From: a bacterium
Lineage (GTDB): Bacteria; Desulfobacterota; DSWW01
Length of the DNA stretch: 64,000 bases
Reading direction: 5' to 3'
Assembly (NCBI GenBank): GCA_040756235.1
Contig: JBFLZG010000126.1
Coordinates: 64,001-128,000, forward strand
Shown in pieces: positions 10,263 to 18,815 of the stretch. Position numbers and translations under genes: made by a program. The notes beneath the pieces were generated by a model. The model worked only from the letters and a program-made list of their open reading frames with translations. It ran no database searches and was not told the DNA's origin. Positions within the stretch are counted from its first letter, which is position 1; the number at the start of each line of letters is the position of its first letter.

Positions 10263-11373
10263 AGAACTCAACGGCGAAGATCTCGGATTTGGCTATGATG
10301 AGTATGCGCCGCAGGTGAAGCACCACTATCCGGAGGCTTACGCGGTTTTCGGGCAAGCGTACCTGCACCTCTACCGCGTGACGGGCGATCCGGCCTACCT
10401 CGGGTGGGCGAAGTCCAGTGCGGGCTGGCTGGTGAGGAACCCCAGCCCCAGGTACAGGAACCTGTCCTGGGGTCTGCCGTGGAGATGGGACCGATGGGAG
10501 GCCCCCGCGGATCTGTCCTACCTGATCACGACCGCCCTGGTCGGGAAATTCCTGGTCCAGCTCTTCGAGGCGACCGGGGAAACCGTCTATCTGGATGGCT
10601 GTCGGTCCGTCGCCAAGTGGATCGTGGATGAGAACGGGTATACGGAGAGCGGTGACGGTGTGCTCTTTTTTTACGCGAACCATCCTCCTCTGCGGTTCCC
10701 CGTGCTGAACCCGAGTGTGGTCGCATCCTGCTTCCTGGCCAGGATGGCAGCCATCATCGGTGAGCCGCACTGGCGGGACCTCTCGGAACGGGGGTTCGGA
10801 TACGCCGCGCGCAGTCAGAACCCCGACGGCTCGTGGCATTACTCTGAAGAGCGCAGATTTCCGGACAGCTTCCACACCGCCCTGGTGCTGGAAGCGCTGC
10901 AAGATTATCTGCGCCTCTCGCCCGGGAACCCGAGCATTCAACGATGCCTGGAGAGGGGCTTGAGCTTCTACCGTCGCAGGCTCTTTACCAGGAACGGGAG
11001 AGGGATGGAGGTTCTTCCCCCATGGCACAAGCGGGCGAACCCGCTCTTCCTCTACCGGAAACACGTGAGCGGGAAGATACGGTCGGCACCGGCGCGACTG
11101 TGGTCATACGGGGCGGCCGTCCGGCTCTTTGCCAAACAAGGCGCCGGCTCTGCTTTTCACAGGTTCTGTCTGGATCTTCTGGCCCATGTGCTGGAAGATT
11201 TCCAGCTTCCGAATGGCGCCTTCCGCTACCGGATGCAGGATGAGCGTACCTTCGTCCGGCACGAGGCTCACATCATGGACGGGCTGGCGACGATGCTTGA
11301 AGAGGAGCAGCGGAGGGCACGATCTCAGGACCCCGAAACAGACTCCTGCGCGACACGGTCATGTATGCTATAG
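10213..11373 (+). CDS. second alpha/alpha-barrel QW-repeat protein, probable paralog of 8222-9367
   Basis: GYDEY, SWGLPWRW, SQNPDGSWHYS..DSFHT and FQLPNGAFRY; start uncertain (10177/10213). Confidence 0.65.
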   Translation: MRERLQESLLRLHRWREELNGEDLGFGYDEYAPQVKHHYPEAYAVFGQAYLHLYRVTGDPAYLGWAKSSAGWLVRNPSPRYRNLSWGLPWRWDRWEAPADLSYLITTALVGKFLVQLFEATGETVYLDGCRSVAKWIVDENGYTESGDGVLFFYANHPPLRFPVLNPSVVASCFLARMAAIIGEPHWRDLSERGFGYAARSQNPDGSWHYSEERRFPDSFHTALVLEALQDYLRLSPGNPSIQRCLERGLSFYRRRLFTRNGRGMEVLPPWHKRANPLFLYRKHVSGKIRSAPARLWSYGAAVRLFAKQGAGSAFHRFCLDLLAHVLEDFQLPNGAFRYRMQDERTFVRHEAHIMDGLATMLEEEQRRARSQDPETDSCATRSCML

Positions 11374-11467
11374 TGGCGCCCGCCCGGAGAAAGACATGTT
11401 CCCGGAAGAGGTTCGGATGCAGGTTCTCTTGCGGAAGGGGCGTTCTCTTCGTGGAAACGGCACGGCC

Positions 11468-12577
11468 ATGAAACATATCCTTACCGTGGTGGGAGCCCGG
11501 CCGCAGTTCATCAAGGCGGCGATCGTGTCGCGGGCCATGGCCTCTCAAGGGAGGCTCCGCGAAACCATGGTCCACACCGGCCAGCACTATGACGATACAC
11601 TGTCCAGGGTCTTCTTCGAGGACCTGCAGATTCCGCCTCCGGCGCACAACCTGGGGGTCGGCTCCGGCCCGCACGGACAGCAGACCGCGAGGATGCTGGA
11701 GGGGCTGGAGAGGATCCTGCTCGAAGACCGCCCGGACAGCCTGCTCGTCTACGGAGACACCAACTCGACCCTGGCCGGGGCGCTGGCCGCGGCCAAGCTC
11801 AACGTTCCGATCGGGCACGTCGAGGCCGGTCTGCGTTCCTTCAACAGGAGAATGCCCGAGGAGATAAACCGTGTGGTCTGCGACCATCTCTCCAGCTCTC
11901 TGTTCGCGCCGACGCAAGCCGCGGCCGAGAACCTCGCGCGAGAAGGCCTTCCTCGTGAGCGTATCCATCTCACCGGCGACGTCATGTATGACGCCTCTCT
12001 CTATTTCGCCGCTCGGGCGGAACAAGGGAGCTCCGTGCTCGGCACACTGGGCCTGAGGCCGAGAGAGTACGTCTTGACGACGATACACAGGGCCGAAAAC
12101 ACGGACCAAGCCCTCCGACTGGCGGCGATCATCGAGGCGCTATGCGCGTTCGGGCGGGAGTTTCCGATCGTGTTCCCGCTCCACCCCCGGACCCGAGACA
12201 GGCTGGAGCGGGGTCAACTCCTTTCTCGGGTCCACGCGCGGCTCCGAGCGGTCGAGCCGGCCGGGTACCTGGACATGCTCGTCCTGGAGAAGAACGCCAG
12301 GCTGATCGTCACGGACTCCGGAGGCGTGCAGAAGGAGGCTTATTTCTATCGAGTTCCCTGCCTCACCCTGCGCGACGAGACGGAGTGGGTCGAGCTGGTG
12401 GCGGCGGGTTGGAATCGGTGCGTGTCTCCGCTCCTGGGCGCGGGCAAGATCTGCGAGGCCATGCGGGAGGCCTGCGTTTCCTTCCGGCCGCCCCCCTGGT
12501 CCGATTCGCTGTACGGGAACGGCAGAGCCTCTCAAATCATCGCCGATATTCTCGCACAGGAGGGACCCTCATCGTGA
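11468..12577 (+). CDS. wecB: UDP-N-acetylglucosamine 2-epimerase, non-hydrolysing (WecB/WbpI type)
   Basis: MKHILTVVGARPQFIKAA, HTGQHYD, VYGDTNST, HVEAGLRS, TDSGGVQKEA. Confidence 0.93.
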   Translation: MKHILTVVGARPQFIKAAIVSRAMASQGRLRETMVHTGQHYDDTLSRVFFEDLQIPPPAHNLGVGSGPHGQQTARMLEGLERILLEDRPDSLLVYGDTNSTLAGALAAAKLNVPIGHVEAGLRSFNRRMPEEINRVVCDHLSSSLFAPTQAAAENLAREGLPRERIHLTGDVMYDASLYFAARAEQGSSVLGTLGLRPREYVLTTIHRAENTDQALRLAAIIEALCAFGREFPIVFPLHPRTRDRLERGQLLSRVHARLRAVEPAGYLDMLVLEKNARLIVTDSGGVQKEAYFYRVPCLTLRDETEWVELVAAGWNRCVSPLLGAGKICEAMREACVSFRPPPWSDSLYGNGRASQIIADILAQEGPSS

Positions 12578-13830
12578 GCATCGATCCGGCCGTTCGGCGG
12601 GAAGCCGATGCGTTCGGCTTTCTGAGAGAGAGCGTGTCGATCTACGTTCTCGCCGCGCTGACCTACCGCGACACCCACGCCCGGAAGCACGCGTTCGTGG
12701 AAGAGCTGTGCAGGCGGGGTTTCGAGGCCGTCTACGTCGAGAAGCCGTCCAGCCGGAATTCGATCCTGGGCAAAGCCATAACCCTGAACCGATCGCGACC
12801 GTGGCTCTGCGTCGAGAAGCAGTATGTCACCTTGCCTTCCGGAGTTCGGGTTCTTGCCGTGCCGAAGAAGGCCTCGGCCTTCGGCGTACGCCTCTATCCC
12901 GGCCGCAGGGCCTCGGAGTGGCTCGTCAACAAGTGGCTCAGGGAGTACTTCCGAGGGGTCCGGGACGGTTCGCCCAAGAAGATCTTGTGCCTGGCGACGA
13001 CGCCCGCCTGGGAACCCCTGGTTCGTGGAATCGAGTTCGATTACTTCTGTTACGACTGCGTCGATGCGCTTTCCGTGCTTCGCAGGGGCTATGGCGAGAA
13101 CGTCTTTCGCCAAATGGAGCGGGCTCTGGTCGAGCGCAGCGATTTCCTCATCACCCCGACCGAACCGCTGGCCGAGCACTTGCGAGCCATGGCCGGGCAG
13201 AAGGAAGTCATCGTGATCCCCAACGGCGTGGACCTCGAGCTCTTCCAGCGAAACCGCCTGAAGGTCCCCGAGCGCCTGGCGGAGATTGCCAGACCCCGAG
13301 TCGGGTACGTGGGGCAGATCGCCGATTTCATCGACACCGATCTCATCTGCCGCGCGGCTCGAGCTCTGCCGGAGTATTCCTTCGTCCTGGTTGGAAACAT
13401 CAGCTCTCGCAGGGGAGTGGAGACGCTCCTTGGCCAGAGCAACGTTTATCCGCTGGGGTTCCTGCCTTTCGAGCAGATCCCGGGTGTGGTCGACGGCCTC
13501 GACGTTTGTCTGAACCCCTTTCGAGCGGGCTCGATCGCGGACGTGACGAAGCCGGTGAAACTGTACGAGTACCTCGCCCTGGGAAAGCCCGTGGTCTCGA
13601 CACACATGCCGCAGCTCCTGGAGCTCGGAGACCGGATCTATATGGCGCGGACCGAGGACGAATTCGTCCGGATGATTCGCCTGGCCGTCGCGGAGAGGGA
13701 TCCGGCCCGCGTGAAGCGACGCATCGAATACGCAGGCCGCAATACCTGGCAGGCAAGGGTCGATCAGTTTCTTGCAGGCGTGATCCGAAATTCCCTTTCC
13801 GCCGTCCGGCTCGCTGCCTCAAGAAGATGA
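12574..13830 (+). CDS. glycosyltransferase (TuaH-like GT4)
   Basis: YDCVD, IPNGVD, GYVGQI and PVKLYEYLALGKPVVST; GTG start overlaps the wecB stop. Confidence 0.85.
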   Translation: MSIDPAVRREADAFGFLRESVSIYVLAALTYRDTHARKHAFVEELCRRGFEAVYVEKPSSRNSILGKAITLNRSRPWLCVEKQYVTLPSGVRVLAVPKKASAFGVRLYPGRRASEWLVNKWLREYFRGVRDGSPKKILCLATTPAWEPLVRGIEFDYFCYDCVDALSVLRRGYGENVFRQMERALVERSDFLITPTEPLAEHLRAMAGQKEVIVIPNGVDLELFQRNRLKVPERLAEIARPRVGYVGQIADFIDTDLICRAARALPEYSFVLVGNISSRRGVETLLGQSNVYPLGFLPFEQIPGVVDGLDVCLNPFRAGSIADVTKPVKLYEYLALGKPVVSTHMPQLLELGDRIYMARTEDEFVRMIRLAVAERDPARVKRRIEYAGRNTWQARVDQFLAGVIRNSLSAVRLAASRR

Positions 13831-13839
13831 CCCGCTCCA

Positions 13840-13869
13840 TTGATGTTGCCGAAGTCGAGATCGTATAAT
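13840..13869 (+). promoter_or_regulatory. putative sigma70 promoter of yqgE
   Basis: TTGATG (13840-13845), 18 nt, TATAAT (13864-13869). Confidence 0.55.
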
Positions 13870-13935
13870 AGGCCGAGATGCCGGGCCGACGGGATTGCCC
13901 GACCATTGCCCGGCGCTCGCAGGTCGGAGACCGAG

Positions 13936-14487
13936 ATGCCCAAAGAGACCAAGTATTCCCCCGGCTTTCTGATCGCCGTGCCGCAGCTGCTGGACCCCAA
14001 CTTCTATCATGCCGTGGTCCTGCTCATCGAGCACACGAACGAGGGGGCCATGGGCCTGACCATCAACCATCCGCTGGAGCGATCGATCAAGAGCCTCTAC
14101 GATCAGATGGGACGTCCGTGGTTCGGCGATGACAAGGCATTCCTCATGCGCGGCGGTCCGGTGCAGCCGGAGCAGGCCTGGATCCTGCATGGGCCGGGCT
14201 GCCCTACGGGCGCCACCTACAGGGTCACCGACGGAATCTATCTCAACACCTCTCTGGACGCTCTGGATGCGCTCTCCAAGGGCCGTCTCCCGTTCCGCTT
14301 CATGGTCGGTTACGCGGGTTGGGGGCCGGGGCAGCTCGACCGCGAGATCCAGGAGGGCGCCTGGATCCTTTCCGAGACCGATTCCGCTCTCGTCTTCGAG
14401 ACCCCCGCGGAAAGCGTATGGGACCTGAGTCTCCGCAACATGGGCATCGACCCTGCCATGCTGGTGCCCACAACGGGGATCCATTAG
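13936..14487 (+). CDS. yqgE: YqgE/AlgH family protein (DUF179)
   Basis: FLIAVPQLLDPNF, EGAMGLTINHP, GGPVQ and GYAGWGPGQLDREI..W. Confidence 0.92.
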   Translation: MPKETKYSPGFLIAVPQLLDPNFYHAVVLLIEHTNEGAMGLTINHPLERSIKSLYDQMGRPWFGDDKAFLMRGGPVQPEQAWILHGPGCPTGATYRVTDGIYLNTSLDALDALSKGRLPFRFMVGYAGWGPGQLDREIQEGAWILSETDSALVFETPAESVWDLSLRNMGIDPAMLVPTTGIH

Positions 14488-14691
14488 GAGGCTGTCCGTA
14501 AATGCCCATCTGCGGAGCCTGTTGCGAGCGAAGCGAAGCAATCCCCCCGGCACCGTACCGCTGCGGCCAGCGGTCACCCGGAGTTTCCTCGTCGCTCGAG
14601 ATCCTCGGAACAGGCCTCAGAACTTCGCCTGCCTTGCATCTGGACATTTCTGAACAGCCTCCAGGAGCCGAATTCTCGGACAGGCTCCTAG
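14485..14691 (-). mobile_element. MITE-like repeat (family A), reverse orientation, overlapping the yqgE stop
   Basis: Ends TAGGAGGCTGTCCG...CGGACAGGCTCCTAG; internal CCCATCTGCGG and GCCTTGCATCTGG shared with other copies. Confidence 0.75.
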
Positions 14692-14740
14692 ATCGAATGG
14701 AAGGCACCGTCCCTCCTGTCCCCAAGATCCTCCTCGAGAG

Positions 14741-16210
14741 TTGACCAAGGAGCCGGCCTTGCACGAGATCAAAGAGGCTTGCGGCATCTTCGGCGCCTTT
14801 GGCGCCCCTGAGGCCGCTTACGAGGTCTATTGCGGTCTCTACGCGCTTCAGCATCGGGGGCAGGAGAGTGCGGGGATCGTCTCGTCGGACGGGGAGAACA
14901 TCCGCTCGCACAAGGGCATGGGGCTCGTCGGCAACGTCTTCAGCCGGGAGGTCTTCAAGTCTTTGGTGGGAGAGATCGCGATCGGGCACGTTCGATATTC
15001 GACGACCGGATCCTCCCGCATCCAGAATATCCAGCCCCTGGTCGTGCGTTACGCCAAAGGTCTGCTGGCCATCTCGCACAACGGCAACATCGTGAACGCG
15101 AGGAGGCTCAAGCGGAGCCACGAGAAGAGCGGCTCCATCTATCAGACCGGCACCGACTCGGAGGTGCTCGCTCATCTGCTGGCGCGCCCCTCCCATCAGA
15201 AGCTGCAGGATCCGCTGGCCCACTGCCTGGCCCATCTGCAGGGGTCGTTCTCCTTCCTGCTCCTGGAGCGAGACCGGATCGTCGGCATCCGGGATCCTCA
15301 CGGCTTCCGGCCCCTGGTGCTGGGCAGGCGCGGCAAGGCCTTCTTTCTCGCCTCCGAGACCTGCGCCTTCGATCTGATCCGGGCCGATTACGTCCGTTCC
15401 CTCGAGCCGGGCGAGATCCTCACCATCACCAAGGGGGGGCTCCGGTCGGACCGGATCGAGGGGGTGCGGCCGCAACGCATGGCCCACTGTATCTTCGAGC
15501 TCATCTACTTCGCGCGGCCGGACAGCATCGTGTTCGACCAGAGCGTGCACAGCGTGCGGGTGGAATTCGGCCGCATGCTCGCGCGGGAGGCGCCGGTGGA
15601 GGCCGATTTCGTGATCCCGGTGCCGGACTCCGGGATCTCGCCGGCCATCGGGTACGCCCACGCCTCCGGCATCCCTTTCGAGAGGGGATTCATCCGCAAC
15701 CACTACGTGGGCAGGACGTTCATCGAGCCCGAGCAGTCGGGCCGCGTGGAGGGCGTCCGGTTCAAGCTGAACGTGGTCAAGGACGTGGTCCGAAACCGCA
15801 GGCTCGTGGTGGTGGACGATTCGATCATCCGCGGGACGACCTCCCGGTCGCGGGTCCAGGCCCTGCGCGACGCGGGGGCTCGGGAGATCCATCTCCGCAT
15901 CGCCTCCCCGCCCTGCAAGCATCCCTGCTACTTCGGCATCGACTTCCCGAGCTCCCGGGAGCTGATCGCCTCGAAGAAGAGCACGGAACAGATCCGCAAG
16001 TACCTCGGGGTGGAGAGCCTCGCCTACCTGCAGATCGACTCCATGCTTGCGTGCGTGCTCCAGCCGCGGCACGATTACTGCCACGCCTGCTTTTCCGGCT
16101 CCTACCCGGTGGCCGTGAAGAGCCGGCGGTCGAAGCTCGACCTCGAGTCCGACGGCTCATCGGCCGCGACGGCGGACGAGGCGGGGCCGACCGGCCTCGT
16201 CGCTAGGTAG
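14741..16210 (+). CDS. purF: amidophosphoribosyltransferase
   Basis: EACGIFG, LQHRGQESAG, IGHVRYSTTG, CIFELIYFARPDS and VVVDDSIIRGTT. Confidence 0.96.
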   Translation: MTKEPALHEIKEACGIFGAFGAPEAAYEVYCGLYALQHRGQESAGIVSSDGENIRSHKGMGLVGNVFSREVFKSLVGEIAIGHVRYSTTGSSRIQNIQPLVVRYAKGLLAISHNGNIVNARRLKRSHEKSGSIYQTGTDSEVLAHLLARPSHQKLQDPLAHCLAHLQGSFSFLLLERDRIVGIRDPHGFRPLVLGRRGKAFFLASETCAFDLIRADYVRSLEPGEILTITKGGLRSDRIEGVRPQRMAHCIFELIYFARPDSIVFDQSVHSVRVEFGRMLAREAPVEADFVIPVPDSGISPAIGYAHASGIPFERGFIRNHYVGRTFIEPEQSGRVEGVRFKLNVVKDVVRNRRLVVVDDSIIRGTTSRSRVQALRDAGAREIHLRIASPPCKHPCYFGIDFPSSRELIASKKSTEQIRKYLGVESLAYLQIDSMLACVLQPRHDYCHACFSGSYPVAVKSRRSKLDLESDGSSAATADEAGPTGLVAR

Positions 16211-16403
16211 AGCCTGTCCCAACAGGCTCGATTTCAGAGGCTGTTCAAGAATGCCCAGATGCAAGGCGCACGAGGTCCTGAGGAACGAGGCGTACATGGA
16301 AGTACGCCGCAGTGACCCCGGCTTTCGCCGGGGCAGGCTGCCCCAGGACCTCCACGCCACATGAGCGCAACGCCGCAGATGGGCGTTTTGGGACAGCCTC
16401 TAG
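16208..16403 (+). mobile_element. MITE-like repeat (family A) filling the purF/MFS convergent gap
   Basis: AGGCTGTTCAAGAATGCCCAGATGCAAGGCG...CGCAGATGGGCGTTTTGGGACAGCCTCTAG; its two ends coincide with the TAG stops of both flanking genes. Confidence 0.8.
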
Positions 16404-17662
16404 GTAATGCTCGGCGGGTCCGCAAGGCCTGCGGCCACCCGGGGCCTCGCGCAGGCCACCAGCCACGGCCAGGCGAGCGAGATCCCGGCCCCCAGGCCGA
16501 AGACGATGCCGTACCCCCCGAAACGATCGGCCAGCCAGCCCGAGGCCGCCCCGACGCCCATCTTGCCGAGCAGTTCGACCGCGGCCAGCACCGTGAAGTG
16601 GGTTGCGCCGACCCGCCGGTCGCACCAGTCCATCATGAATGCGAACAGGATCGGCGTCAGCATGCCTCCGGCGAAATGCTCGGCCAGCGTCACCGGATAG
16701 ACCACCCAGGGCGAGAGCGGCGTGCCGAGAGAGGGCAGCACGGCGATGGCGATCAGCGGGAGCGCCCGGACCAGGCCTACCTTGAACAGGGCGTCGAGGC
16801 GACCGGACCCGGTTGCCAGCCAGCCTCCCGCCGCGGTCCCGGCCAGACTGAGGACCATTCCCCAGCCCCCGGCGAGGACGCCGATGGATGAGATCTGCAT
16901 GCCCGAATCGAGCAGGAATACCTTGTACATGGCGTCGATCATCGCCTCGCCCGTCTTGTACGTGAGAATCAGCACGAGCGCCCATGAAAATCCGGGTCGC
17001 CGTGCCAATTCCACCACGGACCGGACGATTTCCAGGGTCCGCGGAAAAGCCCGAGCGGCGCGGCTGCGCGAAGGCGGCTCCGGGTAGCCCGCGAGGACCA
17101 GGAGTACGAGCAGACAGACCAGGCTCATGGCGATGCAGATGCCGTTCCAGCCGATCCGCCCGGAAAGCCCCAGGAGCAGACCTCCGGTCAGGAGCATCCC
17201 CACCTTGAACCCGGCCACTTGAGCCACGTTTCCGGGCCCCCGCTCGGCTGGCGAGAGCGCGTCCACGGCCAGGCCGTCGACGGCGATGTCCTGAGTAGCC
17301 GTGATCAGGTTGACCGCCAGAACGGTCAGGAGCAGGAGGAGGACCGATCCGCCGGGCTTCGGTTCAACGAAGGAGAGCAAAACGGTCATGGCCGCCAGGG
17401 TGCCCATGCAGGGCAGGATCCAGCTCTTTCTCCTGCCCAGCGAGGGCCAGGCGAAGCGGTCGACCAGGGGGGCCCAAAGAGGCTTCAGAAACCAGGGAGC
17501 ACCCAGCAGGGAGTAAAACCCGATCGAGGTCCGGCTCCATCCTCCCTGGCGCAGGAAAAGCGGCAAGGCGGTGACGAAGAAACCGTAGGGCAGCCCCTGG
17601 GCCAGGTACAGGAGGAAGAGAACGGTAAAGCGGTAAGCGAACGGCTTCGGGCGGGCCGGCAT
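16400..17662 (-). CDS. MFS transporter, AmpG/RhtX-like
   Basis: LYLAQGLPYGF, PWFLKPLWAPLVD, GRRKSWI and ATQDIAVDGLA; about 12 hydrophobic segments; real start ATG 17662 rather than 18532. Confidence 0.88.
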   Translation of the reverse strand: MPARPKPFAYRFTVLFLLYLAQGLPYGFFVTALPLFLRQGGWSRTSIGFYSLLGAPWFLKPLWAPLVDRFAWPSLGRRKSWILPCMGTLAAMTVLLSFVEPKPGGSVLLLLLTVLAVNLITATQDIAVDGLAVDALSPAERGPGNVAQVAGFKVGMLLTGGLLLGLSGRIGWNGICIAMSLVCLLVLLVLAGYPEPPSRSRAARAFPRTLEIVRSVVELARRPGFSWALVLILTYKTGEAMIDAMYKVFLLDSGMQISSIGVLAGGWGMVLSLAGTAAGGWLATGSGRLDALFKVGLVRALPLIAIAVLPSLGTPLSPWVVYPVTLAEHFAGGMLTPILFAFMMDWCDRRVGATHFTVLAAVELLGKMGVGAASGWLADRFGGYGIVFGLGAGISLAWPWLVACARPRVAAGLADPPSIT

Positions 17663-17736
17663 GGCAGGGCCGGTCCCGGCGGATGACCCGGCCGGATCAG
17701 AGCCATCGAGGTCGGTCGAGGAGGTCAGAGCCAAGC

Positions 17737-18489
17737 TTACATCAGCCCCAGCTTCATGGCGATGGAGAACGCGAATTTCTCCAGCCGACCCATGCGCCAG
17801 TAGGCTCCCGCGTTGTCGAGTTTGTCGAGGGTCGAGATCATGTCCGCGAGGTATTCGCTCATATGTGAGAAGTAGTCCGGCTGCCTTCGGTTGGTGAAGT
17901 AGGGGCGCGAGAAAAGCCGCATCAGATCTGCGGTCGGGATGATTCCGGCGCGCGTCTTCTCCTGGAAGCCCTTCCAATTGCGAAGGTGTTCTTCCGACCG
18001 GAAGAAGTTCATGGTGCTTCACGAGTACGGCACGTTGAACATCCACCTCCCGATGGGGACCGACACACAGCCGATCAGGCCCTTCGGGTCCTCGGCCTCG
18101 ATCTTGCCGTCCTTCACCTCTACCCGCACGGGCTCGCCGCAATCGAGGCACACCGAATCGATTCGCACCGTCTTGCCCGGAAAGAGCCAGCAGACCGCCA
18201 GCGATTCGAACGCTCACTGGCCGAACCACTTCTGCACGCCGTCGACCGTGATACGGTAGTGCGTCGGGAGATTGTTGAAAGGGGCGAACGAGACGATGTT
18301 GTCGGTCTTGGGGAAGAGCCAACCCGGAAAGCCGCGGGTCGAGAAGAGCTCGTGGAGGGCTTCGCGACCTTGCGCGGGCGAGACTCCCAGCCCCGCCGCG
18401 ATCTCCGTGTAGTGGGGAGCCTGTCCGGTGGCGATCATGCGCTCGAGGATGATGTGAAAGGTCTTGTCTTTGCGGCCGGGCTCGGGCAT
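17737..18489 (-). CDS. MerB-like (organomercurial lyase family) protein with two in-frame UGA codons, probable selenoprotein (U92, U157), 250 aa
   Basis: Single frame from ATG 18489 (RBS AGGAGG): HTH-like N-terminus, ..HYRITVDGVQKWFGQ-UGA(18214-18216)-AFESLAVCWLFPGKTVRIDSVCLDCGEPVRV..NVPYS-UGA(18019-18021)-STMNFFRSEEH..; matches recalled MerB motifs YAWCALD and SFCCHVHFF. Confidence 0.88.
17989..18006 (-). promoter_or_regulatory. putative SECIS hairpin for UGA 2
   Basis: UUCUUCC-GGUC-GGAAGAA, perfect 7-bp stem; loop starts 19 nt after the UGA. Confidence 0.75.
18187..18201 (-). promoter_or_regulatory. putative SECIS hairpin for UGA 1
   Basis: CUGGC-GGUCU-GCUGG (two G-U pairs); loop starts 17 nt after the UGA. 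Confidence 0.65.
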
Positions 18490-18549
18490 GTCCGCACCTC
18501 CTTGCGAAGATTTCGAGAATTCGGAACCGCACAACCCGAGGACGAGCTG

Positions 18550-18580
18550 ACTATACCACGAGTTGCCGGGGAGTCTTCAA
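18550..18580 (-). promoter_or_regulatory. putative promoter of the merB-like gene
   Basis: TTGAAG, 19 nt, TATAGT; the -10 also has an extended TGn (TGGTATAGT). Confidence 0.5.
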
Positions 18581-18665
18581 ACAAAAAAAACAAGGTTACC
18601 GATCGGATGTCTGTCAGGGGATGAAACAGCCGTGCTCGGCAGCCCGTTGCAACACTCGCTCCGAG

Positions 18666-18815
18666 CAGGCCGTTCAAAAAGGTCCAGATGCAAGGCGCGC
18701 GAAGGTTGAGGAACGAGGCTTCCCGTAACGGCGGGAGGGCGGGGAGCCTGTCCCGGCGAAGGCCGGCAACGATCAACGAGCGCAACGCAGCAGATGGGCC
18801 TTTTTCAACGGCCTG
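18666..18815 (+). mobile_element. MITE-like repeat (family A)
   Basis: CAGGCCGTTCAAAAAGGTCCAGATGCAAGGCG...GCAGATGGGCCTTTTTCAACGGCCTG; abuts the stop codon at 18816. Confidence 0.8.

Noticed and set aside
17737..18489. merB-like locus read as a pseudogene with two nonsense mutations
   Set aside because: Both stops are UGA, both lie on catalytic Cys positions, both are followed by similar hairpins, and there is no frameshift or other decay.
17663..18532. 710-aa ORF 16400-18532 as one long MFS protein
   Set aside because: The N-terminal 290 aa are an alternative frame over the merB-like gene; MFS similarity starts at ATG 17662.
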